From Chrysomallon squamiferum (lineage: Eukaryota; Animalia; Mollusca): DNA of 64,000 nucleotides. Under the pieces are notes generated by a model. The model was not told the origin of the DNA and searched no databases. It saw only the letters and a list, made by a program, of their open reading frames with translations. The DNA lies in the NCBI GenBank assembly GCA_012295275.1, contig CM022672.1:2418001-2482000 (forward strand), in the 5' to 3' direction. Both the position numbers and the translations under genes were made by a program. Shown here one piece after another: positions 1-16,060 of this stretch. Every line of letters starts with the position of its first letter. The first letter of the stretch is position 1.

Positions 1-512
1 TGTTTTTTTCTGTCTTCTTCTTTTCGTTGCTTTTTCTAATCAGTATGAAATGAGAGTTAGCATGGTCGTGATACAGGTAAAGGATGTAGATTACTTCTTG
101 CATAATTTATTTTTCCAAGTCGAAAATCAATTTCACTCATGAATTTAAAAAAATATATATAAGTGTTTGGTTAATTAAAGTGTATGGCTTGGAAAAGGAG
201 GACAGCACACGGGGAAATGTTCAGAAACTGCTGAATTTTATTACAGACTTTAAATTTTAAAATTATAAGCTACTAATGAACTGCTTAGAAGATTTCTTTA
301 CCAACATTTTTATCACAAAATCGCTATACCTTTATTTTAAAAATAAATATAAAAAAAAAAATATATAAAAAAAAAAAAAAAAACCTTTACAATATCCAAA
401 TCTCATTCTTTAATTTGATTTCTTCTTCCACTTTATTTTTCCTTCTATGTCATTGGAAATATTTTCTTAATTTCTTTCTGTTTTCATTCCGTTCCTCTAT
501 GGCTCCGCCTGC

Positions 513-542
513 CTGTCTCCCTTTCTCTCTATCTGTCATCTA

Positions 543-577
<35 letters not shown>

Positions 578-674
578 GTCTCCCTTTCTCTCTATCTGTC
601 ATCTATCTGTCTGTCTGTAAGCACTTATTTAGGTATGTACTTGTATATGTATAATTATCAATCTCTGTGTCTGC

Positions 675-761
<87 letters not shown>

Positions 762-763
762 GA

Positions 764-798
<35 letters not shown>

Positions 799-1020
799 AT
801 ATATATATATAATCTATATATCCATTATCTAATGTCTATTCATCTATCTATCTGTCTATCATCTATCTAGCTATCTATTTATCTGTTTTTCTCTCTATTT
901 ATCTATTATCTATCTATCGGTCTATCTCTCTATTTATTTATCCGTTATCTATCTATCTAACTCTCTGTCTATTTATCTGTCTATCTGTCTGTCTATCTAT
1001 CTATTTACCTACCTACCTAC
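513..1020. repeat. Compound (TATC)n/(TGTC)n microsatellite with an internal 43-bp duplication (513-555 and 576-618)
   Basis: Direct reading. Confidence 0.9.
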
Positions 1021-4000
1021 ACAATATATATCTATCAATCAATAATGTGTTTCTGTATGTCTGATTGTCCATACCCCCATCTTCTTTATGCATATGTATA
1101 TAGATATATATATATTTGAAGGTACAAACAGTATAGTATATCTTTAAATATATCAGAGGAGGTCAAAATATTTACTGATCTAGCTGATAAGGTGATTAAA
1201 AAAACATTAGTTTGCTCTGTTGCGTGCCTACATATTTACAGATAATTTAATATGTCTCCTTCGTAGCCTAGCTTAGACACCTAATTACAAGTTTATTAAC
1301 AGTTAAACACATTGATCGGCTGTAAGTTCATTTTTCTTCGCTTGCATCGAAGATAATGATTATCAGTAAATTGCTGTTACTGATCTTGTTTTATCTTTTC
1401 TTTCTTTCTGTCCTTCTTTCTTTTTTTGGAGGTTTATTTTTATTTTATTTATTTTTTGTTTTGTTTCCTTTGTTTTGGGATGGGGGTTGGACGCAGAGAA
1501 AATGTTAGTATATTAGAAAATTAGATAAAACATCAGTTAGTGTATAATGGTAGCATAAGAAGATGAGTGCAGAAGCGGGTAAATAGTTTTGATCTCAGAA
1601 GCTATTGTTCTTCATGACGGGGGGGGGGCTTAACCCCACGGTTATGTGATTAGTGCATCTAAGCCAAGTCCCGTCTGCATCTTTGACGGAAACGCTAACG
1701 TTGAATTACGTCCCTTCCCTACTTCGTCACAGTTTTAAAGTGCCGTTTTAAAGCTTTGTCAAGTGTTGTAAAAGTGCCGCAAAGTGTTCTTTAATTATGG
1801 TTATCTCGAATTCTAATTGCTTGAAGTCTGTGGTACAAGTGTTTGATCGTGCTGTTTTCTGCAGTAATGGTAATAATTGCTGGTTTCTTTAACACCGAAG
1901 TCGTAGAAAATGCCAGCCCACCCACAATATTACGAAACCAACACCTTTTCGACTTTACCGTAATTACTATTAAAGGGAGCGGACGACAGAAGCAGGTACG
2001 TTTAACGTGATCCTTTAACACGTATCAAAAGAATTGTCACCTGCAGCAGTGATTTTGGCGTCGCTAGCTGAATGTGACATCATGGCATGCAATGCATCGT
2101 CATTCTGTTCTTCCGAGACTTTTAACTCATGATTTATCCGTTAGAGACATTCTTTCCTTTGTCTTCGGCGGCCTTTTTAGTACGAATTTGTTTCTTCAAA
2201 TTAAAGACCATGAACATACTCTCCTTTTGTGGACCAAATCCCTCCAATTAAATTTGTAAGGGGCTGTGGAATCGAGAGCCGTGCCACCGATAAAAGCTAA
2301 TGTTTTTCCGCCGGATTAGCTGGCTCGGTTTTGCACGATATGTCTTTATTTTGACTAGCTAACAGAGTTGTGACTTTTTAAAAGGTATGAGTAATAGAGG
2401 TGTTTAGCCCACTGATCTCTGCGACTGACAACGCAACTGAACTATCAAGTATCTTTCAAGATTGTTGAGGCTCAAACACCTTGTCTAATGGCAAACTTAC
2501 CTGAGCTTCAGAAAGACCATACTCTCGTGGGAAATCACCACTAGCTGTACTCTTCACGCGAGCCCATTCTCTTGCATCATTAGGTCATTTAATAACAGAG
2601 AGCATGTATCAGTTTTCTCGCTATCTCTAAACCTGGCTTTATTATGTCTAACACTAACACTGAGGTAATGTTCTACATCAAAAGGATGTTATAGATTTAG
2701 TGTCGCTTTGGGAATCTCTTGATGTTGAATTTTCTATCTTTTATCTAAGAAATGCAAATACTACAGTTACCTTTGCGCGGATGTAAACCACATTAATATG
2801 TATCGCTTTGGGGAATGGGCTGCTGATTAATTTTAACTAGAAAAAGGCAATAACAAGAGCTATCTCTGGACGTGTTTGAAGCAGTTATGCCAGGCACCAT
2901 TATCTTTGTACTACTTAGAGCATCACTTGATGCTTCATTTTTAACACATTTCGGTCATGCAGAGAGAAGATTTAGTATGAAGTAAATCGTGATATAATAT
3001 TTTGAATTGATTTATGTATAATCCTTTGATTTTATTTTTGATTGTCATTGTATTTAGTTACGCCTGTTAATCAGAGATCCAGTAAATGATTTAATCTAAT
3101 AATACTTTTTTTTAAAAAGCATTAGTTAACATTTCTCCAACAATGAAACTGCAAAATACCCTCTCAATATTAGCTGCGTTATAGTCAAGACAACAATTAA
3201 AACAAACACATTAAAACTTTCACTTTAAAATACTGTGTATTCTTGAGAAATATTACGTTATTTTGGATGACCAAACATCTTTTGCACTAACAATGGTGTT
3301 TAGTCCAGGTGGGTGAAGGTATGCATGGAATGCGTACTTTATCATGCAGGACGATACACGAAGCAGACGAAGAGCTCAGTGCACCAGATATACCCGACGT
3401 CTTTAAATAAATAAAAAAAAACGAAAAAAAACATTCTTCTCTTTGATGTTGTTTTATAGCTTGTTAATGGTACAGTTTAATAAAAAGAAGACATATTCTA
3501 CAATTCACCTTTGACCTTTTCCAGCTGTCCCCATTCACACAGAAGGGGTATAAAAATGACAAATTTTCTTCTCTTCGTCTCTGTCTTTCTTTTATTTTAT
3601 ATTTATAATTATTTTTTTATTTTTTTATCATATCTTTAAATGATTTCAACAGTTAACGTCGAAACAATATATGGAAGTCTTAAAGCAGGCTTTTCGGATG
3701 CAAACAAATACGGCACGGAAGCAGACACGAGATAATTAATATCACGTATTATTTTCCACATTCTTGCGACGTCTATTTTGTAAGCTTTGTTTTCTAATAT
3801 ACATGTGTATTAAATTTATTATCGTTTTGTAAACGGTAAAGCTGGAAATATCTTAAATTTCATTCTTTTGTCACTGAAATACACATAGGATTGCTTCTGT
3901 CTGCACATATATAAATGCATGCATAAATGCATTATATATGTGTCTACGTTTAGCATACTATTAACATACACTATTATATATAAGTAGCATAATGCATTAA

Positions 4001-4107
4001 CAAATACATATATGGACACACGCATATAAAACACATTTGTAGATATATAGATACGCATACGTATAAATGGATAAATTAAAGGCTTACCTACATGTGTACA
4101 ATAATTA

Positions 4108-4322
4108 TACACATACATACACACACACATACATAAACATATATACACATACACACATACATACATACACATACATACATACACATATATACACATACAT
4201 ACATACATACATATTTACATTACATACGTACATGCGTACATACATATATATTTACATTACATAATGTATATACATACAAACATATAAGTATACATACAGA
4301 CATACATACATACAAACATACA
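4108..4322. repeat. Degenerate (CATA)n/(CA)n microsatellite
   Basis: Direct reading. Confidence 0.85.
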
Positions 4323-7261
4323 TCACATCACCTCATCGGATAGCCCCCATTCAAACACACATGTGAACGTGTATCAATCGCTCCTGCAATAATACTTTAC
4401 ATTTCAAAGTGAGAAAGTTTTATTTTATTTTATTTTATTTTATTTTATTTTATTTTATTTTATTTCTTTCATTTGGTGTCCACGTTTTCTAACACCAGTG
4501 TTACATTTTGGTCGCATATCAAGTCCTTAACACAAACAGTTTCATTACCATCACTTGAGGTATGTTTGCCCCCGGGCGAGAGTTTCTGGCGAATCCAAGT
4601 ACATTATTGGACATTATGGTTATATTTATTCGGCGTTAGGTTCGGCTCGGGTCCAATCTGTCTTCTGCTGGGAAACAAGAGGATTATCATTTATGCATAT
4701 ATGAATGAAATATAGACAGTGGGGTGAAACTTAATGTCACGTAATTCTGGTGTTTTTGTTACAGTGTGTTTTTGTTTATTTTATTTTATTTGTTTTATTT
4801 TCTATTATTTTATATATTCATGTATGCGAGAGATGATTACTAAGAGCTCAATATTTACTAATTTATTAGTTTTATGTATATAAAAATTATTAATATTGTT
4901 TTCTCCTTTCTTGCTGCTACTACTACGATAATTACTATAGCAACTACGTCTGCTGTAATTATACCTGCTATTAATTAATATCCACAGTACCATCACAACT
5001 ACCACAACAACTACAACTGCTTCTTCGCCTCTTCCTCCTTTTTCATAATGAAACGACAACAGCCATTGTATTAATTACAAAAACATCTCCAGCAGTACTG
5101 CTAGTACAACAACAACAACAACAACTACTACTACTACTACTATTGCTACTACTACTACTAATAATAGAGTAATAATATTAGTAGTAGTAAATTAAAACAT
5201 AGCTGTAGTTACATTATAAATGTCTGTTAATTCATCGGTGTAATTGATCTTTATATTAAAATCCATCACATAAAACCATCTGTTCTCTAAGTCTCAACAA
5301 AAAAAAAATAATGCATACATGTGTGCGTGCGTGCGTGCGTGTATGTCTGTGTGTGTGTGAGTGTGTGTGTGTGTGTGTGTTGTAATTCAGTTACTGCATC
5401 ATAAACGTTCTTTCTCTCTATCCCTCCTTGGTGCATCGTATCACATTACAGACAAGCGTGGTGTTAAATTACAAATACGCTTAGTAGTCTAAACACAGAC
5501 AACTTGTCGAAATAGAGGCGCCAGCAACGAGGCCATATTCAGTTGCATCCATTGACTATCATCGCTGGGATTATTGGACCTGTTTCACAGACTCGAGCGT
5601 TCAGACAAATTAGCAGAGATAATTTATTGCAGAAAGATCAAAGAGGTAAAATGTTTAGATTTTAGTCTACGAACTGAACATGGTCGCTTGTGTCACGGGA
5701 AATTGCAGACGTCTTGAGGAGAAGATGGGGTAATAATTATACTGGGGAGAGACCCGTGGCAGCATTGACAATGTTCACACCGGTACGAGACAACGACGAC
5801 AAACAACAACCTTGCTGTTACTCTAGAAGGGACATTAATTATCTCGTTTGCTGAAACCTTTTCTCTTATCTGTCAGGAAAAAAAAAAAAAAAAAAATCGC
5901 ATTTTCTAGTTAATTTCTCATTTTCTTAAAAAAAAAAAAAAAAAATGTTTCATTGATGGTGTATACTGATTGAAGATCTTACAAGTTAAAAAGATGCGAC
6001 CGTTCCGAGATTAAAGTATTTACCTGTTACGAAACGGTAATAGCAGGCTGCCAGGGGCTTGATGTTAGAAGTTCATTCAATTCGGAGACACGGACGTATC
6101 ACAGAAAGGTGTCCGATCCCGTTCGTTCATAAATCGTGTGTCAGATCAAAGCCAGGTTTGTAGAGAAACTGCAAGAGTGAGCGGCAGTTTTCTCTGTATT
6201 GTCAGTCAGTTTAACGTAGTAGGGTTTTTTCTTCCTTTTTTTATTTTTATTTCCCCCTTTTTTAAAAAATCTGTTTTATATTTAATAGAGACAAGACCAT
6301 GAGAAAAAAGGAATGACCTGGATTTTATTGTTATAAATATTTCTTTTCCATTTCACTTTTTTTTTCTTTTTCGTTTTCTTTTTGTTGTTCTTTTGTTTTG
6401 TTTTTTGTTCTTCTTTTTATTTTTGTTGTTCTTTTGTTGTTGTTGTTTTTTTCAAATTTTCTTTTCTTATTCCTTTCCTTGTTCTACTCTTCATTTGTCA
6501 TAACTTTATTTCTACGTGTTTTCTTTATTTTAATAATAACAGCAGGAGTCGTTGTTATGGTAACTGTGCTTGTATTAATAACTATACTGGCAGTAGTTAC
6601 AGTAGTTGTATCTGCAGTGTTAATACATCATTGCTAGCAAAAACAATGATATTATTTAGCGTTTCATTTTTTTTCTTTACAAATTTACATTATCCAGTGC
6701 AAGAAATGAATAATATAATTTGTTATTTTTATTATTATTATTATTTGTTTAAGGTAAAAGCTTTCTGAAATCAAAAGGGCGTTGGAAAATTGCTTGAAAC
6801 CTTATTTGATTAATAAATAATTACTTCAGACATTTAAAAAATTAACGTATTATACAAAAATAAAGAAAGAAATAATCAGAGTAAATAGATAAATTAATTC
6901 ACTAAATAACTAGAAAGTATTCATTATGTAATAAATAAATAAATAATACTGCTGTATTCAGCTTTCATTTGCCAGATCTGTTAGAAGTTTACGTCCTGCG
7001 GGTTTGATCTCCGCACCGTCCAGTATTTGCACAGGTTAAACAAGAAACCAGCTCTGCGTTCTGACCGATTTGCACCCTTTCACATGTTTTATAACTGTTG
7101 AGAGAACAAAACGGAGATATCGGCCTCTGCCAAGATTACACAACATAAAACAAACCTTCGCGACATTTGGAAAGACTTGAGATATAACTGTGTAAACAAT
7201 CGGAGACAGAGGCGACAAAAATAGCTTTCACTGGGCCAAAGTTAACTGCAAACTCCCGCGT

Positions 7262-7292
<31 letters not shown>

Positions 7293-7467
7293 GTTATACT
7301 GCCGAGAAAAAGGAATATCACCTGAATAATATACGATCCTGTGCAGTTGATTAAATAAACAGTTTTATTTATGGACTTAGCGACCAGGAGCCTCTTAGAT
7401 CATAAAAATAGCAAAGTGGATTTGTTTAGCTCAGCATTTTTTCAATTTTTTCTTTGTGACAACGAGA

Positions 7468-7575
<108 letters not shown>

Positions 7576-7945
7576 TAGATTAACATGCTAAAGCATAATA
7601 AATAAAGAATCCGAAAAATAGATAAAGAATTATAAAAACGAAACAAATCCTCCAAAACAAAAATCCAGACATACATGACAGATTTAGTTTGTCACATTTT
7701 GAAATACAGTATAATAATTACTACTGACAGTAAAGACTTAATTCCTTCCATGCATTCGTCATTTCGTTTCATCTGAATAATATGCATACCAACAAATATT
7801 ATCCTATCATTTAGGATATTATTAATGATAGCCTGATGCACTTGTTTCCAATTCAACCACTGTTTTCAGACGTATACCTCTGTAGGGGTCAGTTCGTGTT
7901 TATTATTTATAAGTCACTACGATAACAGTTTATAAAAACCCACCT

Positions 7946-8065
<120 letters not shown>

Positions 8066-9622
8066 GTTATATATATATATATATATGCATGTACGTGTGT
8101 AATATACTTTTCTCAAGTATTTTAAATATACAATCTACAAGCGTATAAGAGCAAAACAAGCATGATAAATTGGGCAGTTTATATTTGCCACACGTAACAG
8201 CCATTAATTAAAATGTTCGCCGACACGTCGTTAAACAAGCAGTTAGTTCTTATCTTCAACCGGAATCCATTTCCACCGTATTCTTTATTATAAAAAATCT
8301 ATCATTCATAAATCCCCGGGCAATACAGGTAAATCATAACCTATAATGTGTTATCTTAATTCACTGCTGTTCAAACAACAAGTGGAGTCTCTAGTCTGCC
8401 TGGTCGTATCGTTCAGAATATATTAATAAACGCTTCGGAGTCTGATGGCCTTTTTCTGCCGGACATTTATTTTTATTATTGGCTTGAAGTCGTTTGAAAT
8501 CAGGTTGCCAATGGGCTTTTAAACGTACCGTCTGTAGATTTATATTCCAGGAGTGTCTGGGAACCTTGTTCAAGTTGGCGGTTGTTCTCGCGACCTTGGA
8601 CTTTTTGTCGTTACTGGGTATTTATTGTCAGTGGCTAGGACGAGCGAAGTTTCATCAGACTGCTGTATTTCAACGTTACGTATGGAGGGAGAGTCGTGAT
8701 CATTCGACAAAGTGCTGGAGAGAGGCGTTAGGGCGTTCATGATTAAAACTTATTACTATGTCGTTAGAATATATCTCGTTCAGGATTATGTTTTTTTTTT
8801 TCTTAAGATATATGTTTTCTTTCAATTTCAGGAGAAGATTAATTCCGAAATACACGTGGGCCTACTGTTAGCGAATAACTGCAAGGAAATATTTCATATT
8901 TACGTATCAGAAAAAGGAAAGAGCATGAGAATTAGTCGAACCTAGTACATTTAAACACACTGACGACTGTGTCTGCTACATTTTATTTCATTTTTGCTAC
9001 ATTGTCCTTTTATAATACAGTGATATTGAAAACTAATTTGACCAAAAAAAATTTAGATCGTAAAGCAGTGAAGTTATTTTCAGTTTAAGAAGATATGGCT
9101 ATAATCGGTTATCAAAAACATTTATAGGTTGAGTAAAAAAAAAGGAATAATATATGTACGTACGTATAGTGACAGTGGTAATAATTATATCTTTGTGACG
9201 AAATACATGCAGGTGTGTGTATGCATTATCACAATACTGAGTTAGCTGTTGGGAAAAATCAAAAGGTTCTAGAATCACCAGTTTATAAATGATTTTTTAA
9301 TTCTTGTGTTGCGCACGATCTTATCACAGATTTACCCTTCGATGTACTTTCGATCACGTGGAAAGTTTCTTTTTCTTTTTTTTTCCATTCATAAGATTAT
9401 GTCAAGCTGTCATTTATAGAGAGTTAAGCAAGTAAGATTGTAAATACTAGTGGGAAGAGAGAGACAGAAAGTAATAGAGAGAGAAAAAAAGAAAAACAGA
9501 GAGAGAAAAGAGAGAGAGCTAGAAAGAGCGGGAGATGGAGAGAAAAACAGAGGGAAAACAGTGCAACAAAAATCAGACAAAACTATAAATTGTGGACATT
9601 TCTGATGTGTGGGGGGGTTTGT

Positions 9623-9828
<206 letters not shown>

Positions 9829-10432
9829 TACGATGGGTTTCATAATTTTTGTATATTCCAAATTCAGTAGGTTATTATTTCAGCAGTAGCACCGTAAAAG
9901 AAAAGAGAAAAATAAAATATTTGTATACCTATAGAAAAATCTACAGTACCAATAAGAACAATTAGAAAAGGACTACAGAGACCAAAACAAAACACAAAAA
10001 AAAAAAAAAAAAACCTAAAAAAAACAACAACATAAAGTACATTATAGCCAATCATAAAAGAAGTTATAAACAGTGTCACATGTGACAGAACCCTGACACG
10101 GTCTTGTCTAAAAAAAAATCTCCTGTCACCACACCTGCTACATTTTCTTTAACAAAAAATGTCTTATAAAAGAGGTTCACCCATAAAAACAGACAGGTAA
10201 AACTTTAAAACATAATTGTCTTCCCACTCTGTCTTAGACCAGAGACTGGGTGCTTTCTTTCTTTGAATGGTTATCCAGTTATGAAACTGCTGACACGGCG
10301 ATAAAATATATCGTTAAAGACCTGTATGTTACTGCTTAAAGGCTTTGCCAAGTTATTGTTATTAGATTGGTTGTATTCCAGTAATTTTCACACACATACA
10401 CACACACACAACACACACACACACACACACAT

Positions 10433-10477
<45 letters not shown>

Positions 10478-13400
10478 TACATACATACATACATAAATTT
10501 AAAGAGGATTCAACTAGAGCCATTTCTTCTTCTTTTTTTCCATCCATTTTTGTCGTTCTCGCCTACACTTTACAATACTCTGTCTTCATCTGTTCATCTG
10601 TCTGTTCGTGACTGTTCGTCTGTCCGCATGTCCATATTCTGTGGGTGTTGCAGAAATGATGGTTGATGTGGGTTTTTTTCAGTAGACAGATGCTAGACTG
10701 ATAGCAGATAGAGAAACTTATAATTATAGATATAACTGAATAGATATACACGTCGATTGATAGACAGATAGACTTACGCATAAGAAAAACAGCAGACCTT
10801 TACACCTTCAAACGACTTGAGTGTGAGAAGAAATGTATTATCAGTAAAGTGGAAAAGCCAAAAAAAAAAAAAAAAAAAAGAAAAAGAAAGATCCTTCAAC
10901 TAACGAAATTTCTTTGAATGAATGATGTCCTGGTGGGACCATTGGTCACTTGTTTGTGAGGAAGATTAACACCACAATGATATGACCAGTAGTCAATGGT
11001 AAAGGATGTTTTGTTCCTGGTGAAAGAAAGGGGAAAAAAAAGTACGCAAACGTCCAGAAAAACACGTACCTAGTGCGATCGGTTCATTTGTGTGTGTGGC
11101 CTAGGTTCCAGGGTTGTCAAGCAAATGTGTCAACGACTTTCAGCTATATCTTTATTGATATTTTATGCGCTGACGGGGCAGATTCAAATAATTGTCTTGT
11201 AGTACTTGGTGAAAGAATCAAGAGGCTATTTCCAAGAAATAAAGCACCTCAAGGTCGAAGGTTGAAAAGTCTTAGCGGGTGAAGCTATTGTAAAACTGAT
11301 GATGACCACCGACAGAGGTAGAAGCAGAAAAGAAAAGAACGTATTTAAAAATGGCAGCTTTTATGAATGAGTTATCTTGCTTAGGATTATGATCTTATTA
11401 GAAAAAGAATGAGGTTTTTATATCAAATTAAAACTGGGCAATAGTTCATTATTATCGAAGAAGAAAAGGCAAGAAATGCAGTTTCTCAGTAAACTGACAC
11501 ATTTTACTTGGGATTGGTTTGGGAATTTAGAGTTATTCTGAACTGTTGTTCTTATCTAGAAACGCTGAATACAGGTATATGATCTTTAGGTGTTACTGGC
11601 ACCAAAACACAGTAAAAAATAAATGTAATAATAATTAAAAAAAACCAGTAAAAAACAACAACAACAACAACGCAACAGTAACAAAAAAGCCTCATTTGTT
11701 ATCTTTTACTTTAAAAAAAAATATAATAAATAATTATGTTTAACAAACTGTATACATAACAACAACCATCCACATACTATTAATCAAGAATTTAAATCAG
11801 ATTTTACACCTCTGAAAAGACAAAATCTTTTTATCTATTTTTTTTTACGTATTTTATTAACCTTAGGTTACCGAGGGAGCTTACCTCAGTCTTTCATATA
11901 TGAATTTAATTCGGATGTTGTACTTGGGAAAAAAATAAAAGTTTTTCTAAATAGACTGACACACTATCAAGATAAATTTAGAGAAAATAGTATTTTCCCA
12001 TGAACATAAACTTCCCAAGATAGGACATACCAATAATTCTCCTTATTTTGGTGGATCGTAAGTGAAAGACCCGAGACTGATTCATATTAGGACATAACCC
12101 AGACGCTGAGTATTTCAAAGAAACATCACTCTTCCAACTCGTGTCGCGAGGAATTCACTGCACACATATGTGATCAGCGCATTATCACTAATCTGTCGTA
12201 AAACTTTCCAATCCTTTAATCTGTCCTGTTTTTGTTCGCCGAAATGATTGCGGTATTTATTCGCTGATAACGTATCTCGCAGTTACTTCTTGCGAGGATT
12301 TTATCACCAATAAACCGTCTATCCAACACCTATCGGAACACAACGAAAGCCGAGTCGGGCCTTCAGGGTAAACAGTAGTGGACGAAAAGAAAGCAGTCGA
12401 ATCTGCTTCTACGTCGCCCGCTTATCGTGAATATCTTTATCCCGTTTCGTAACTCGGCTGTGTTTTCCAGTCGGTTCTCGATCATTTTCAGCTGTTCTTT
12501 TCGGCGGCGATTAAATGGTCTTCTGACTGTTCACGGCGTATTTCCACTCAGATTAGTCTTAATCATTACTGAGTGTGAAACACACGTTTTCAGTCCTGCT
12601 TTGTGCCCGTTAATCAGAGCTCACCTTAGGCTACTGTTACGGAGAGTTAGAAAACAAAAACAATAATAATAATAATAATAAATAAATAAATAAATAAATA
12701 AAAAAATTAAATTAAAAAAATTAAAAATTAAAATTAAAATTTTTAAAAAAGTTTATATTTAATTTTCACCTTCGACAGAAAGGAAACGAAAACATAAAAC
12801 TATTCCCGGTTTACAAGCAAACCTACGATAACGATGATGATGATGACGACGACGACAACACAACAACAACAACAATAACAACAACAATTATTATTATAAA
12901 TTTAGATTCATGGCGTGCTCAATTGTATTATCAGCTCTGTCAAATACATTGTTAAAACATAAAAAAATACCCGCGTTAATGACTTTTAAAAATACACATG
13001 TGACGGTGAAAACAAAGCTAGAGATATTTAAAATTCCGATTTAGAGATATGAAAAATATATAGCACAAAAAGATGTGTCAACCTGTCTAAACTCAATTAA
13101 AGTCTTCAGAGCAGAGCACTGGCGGGATTAAATTATATTACATGTCAGTAATTAATAGCTTTTTAGAAAGAAGACCAGAAACATTTTAGACATAATCACT
13201 ATCATACAATACTGTATTAATAAGTACCTGCGACTAGATGTTAGCTCAAGAAGCCTGACGCCGTTAGACTCAAATATTTCAGTTATGCTTGTGGGAGAGC
13301 ACATATTTTTAAGCTCTTTAGTCGTTAGGTAACGAGAATGGATATTATTATAATAAGCCTGTATAATGAAGGGTTCAATTAAGTGTTATATATAAATATT

Positions 13401-13610
13401 GCATAGCGTGTGGTGTTGACATTTTATTTATAAAGCTTTTCGTAAAGATATTCTTAAATGTATAAACGAATGTTTTCTCGGATAAAGAGTGTAGTAAAGG
13501 CTTTGAATTATATATATATAAATAGATAGATACAGTCATATTAAAACACACACACACACACACATACATTAAAGAGATACGTAGGTAAATATACACATTT
13601 ACATGTATAG

Positions 13611-13666
13611 GTTAACTGTTGTGTTTGTGTTGTACAATCGTTAGCATACGGGAACAAGATTTCCAG
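13611..13666 (+). repeat. Dispersed direct repeat, copy 1 (about 57 bp)
   Basis: gttaactgttgtgtttgtgttgtacaatcgttagcatacgggaacaagatttccag; 7 substitutions and 1 gap versus the copy at 15266-15322. Confidence 0.8.
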
Positions 13667-15265
13667 ACTGTATTTAATCGTACAATAATTTACTAATAAC
13701 GACTAACAAACCATTCTCTGACTAAAATTTTGTGTTTCAAACTCAGTCTGTGATAATTTTGTAATGTTTTTTCACGGAAGTTCAGAGCCACCCGCATTTA
13801 ATTTCGATTGCTTTACAAACAAATTATAACGGTTAGAAATCTCCGTCACGCAGGCTTTCCTTGTCTCATAACTGCGAATTCTTTCTCCACAGGGGACAGA
13901 GGAGATGTATGGGACTGAGTCAACAGATAATAATTCTGCCTTCCATTTATCATAGCATGCTTCCGTTACGTGACGTAACTTAGGATCAGTCATTTAGTGG
14001 AAATGTCGTCGATGCAACCCTGTACTGATCGCAGGGCAGAAAGCTGACAATGAAAACGTATTAAATCACACCGACGCAAACCACAGGGAGTGCAGTATTC
14101 ATAAAGTCGACAGATCGTTAGCCCAAAAAGAACTACTGATCCTCTGTTTCGAGTTCCGACCAATACCATCCAGGTTTCTTGAAGTTACACTAGTTTGTTT
14201 CATTTTTAGAACCATTATCATAGAAAAAATAGCATATACTCGATTGATACCTAACTATACTAAATAATGAAAGTAACAAAAATGTTCAACAGCCGTCTCT
14301 CTACAGCAGTTGAATGCTTATGGAGCATTCGGTTATATTGTATAAGTTAAGAAGTGAATAAACTAAGATAGATCCTAATTCAGCAAGCAAAACCTTAAAT
14401 ATTGTGTATATTTCCGAAGTTCAGTTTTGCTGTTAACGTTTTGAAGAAAATACAAAAAACAAAAAACTAAAAGAACAAAACAAACGAAATAAAGAGTAAA
14501 ATAAATATGAAAGAATCACAATCTGACATTGTCTAAACATGCCAGTTATGACCGCAAAGTAAACGTAATATCAGACAATGTTTCTTTCATATTTATTTTA
14601 AACACACGTGTAATATCCCAGAATGTCACACTTCATTATTAACAAACATTTGCTTTAAGTCCAAATAAAGCAAGCACTTGGAACAAGACAAAATGTACTG
14701 GCACGTGTAACCAAGAATACAAATAGGATTTATTGTTGTTGTTGTTGTTGTTAAATCTTCTATAGTGTCCCCAAAATATTATTTATCTTTATTATGTGCA
14801 AGAAATATTTATTTACTTTTTTACTCATAGCGTTAGGTTATTTCTTTTCCACATATTGTTTACAGTTTTCATACCATGAGTAGCTTATTCCAGCTCTTAT
14901 TTGAAAAACAACAACAAACAAGCATACTCGAAACTTTATACGGACAAGATCTTATGCTTGTTTGCACCGGCATGGGTCAACGCTTACACGATCATCAAGT
15001 ACTGAACGATAATCGTATCGGAAATCATAGATTTATATTTTATGGACGTTTTACGGCTACTTCACATCCGTCAAATGTTCGTTGACCGCTGGACTGAAAG
15101 GAAACCGGGTCAACAAAATGATTAACGTGCAGGGTTAATAAAATCTGATGTAAATAGTCTGCGATAAGAATGATGGTGTTTGAATTAGTTTGATTGTGAA
15201 GTCGCTTAAGTGTCCAGTTGCAGAACTGATTTCGGGGTCGGTGTGAAATAACGCGTGTAGTACAT

Positions 15266-15322
15266 GTTGACTGTTTTGTTTGTGTTTGTACAATCGCCAG
15301 CGTATGGGAACAAGATTCCCAG
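15266..15322 (+). repeat. Dispersed direct repeat, copy 2
   Basis: gttgactgttttgtttgtgtttgtacaatcgccagcgtatgggaacaagattcccag. Confidence 0.8.
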
Positions 15323-15551
15323 GTTTAAACAAATTGTCTCATGTGGCTGATAAACCACTGATACGCTACCTTTATTATTATTATTATTGTTATTATTGTT
15401 ATCGTTGTTATTGTTGTTGTTGTTGTTCTACTTCTTTTTATGCCCTGAGAACGTGTATGGAACGATGGATTGTAACGTGCTTGGACTGTTGGATAAATAT
15501 ACTGTGGGACTCGTGGATTATGTGCCATTGTGAATGTCTCTGTGTGTATGC

Positions 15552-16060
<509 letters not shown>

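Noticed and set aside
1865-2600. Possible exons (plus 1865-1995; minus-strand donor at 2500)
   Set aside because: Open frames lack homology and partner exons or a matching acceptor; indistinguishable from chance.
11100-11190. QGC...FSYIFIDILCADG resembling LINE reverse-transcriptase motifs (QG..SP.LF / YADD)
   Set aside because: Motif spacing is far too short and key residues are absent; at best an unverifiable relic.
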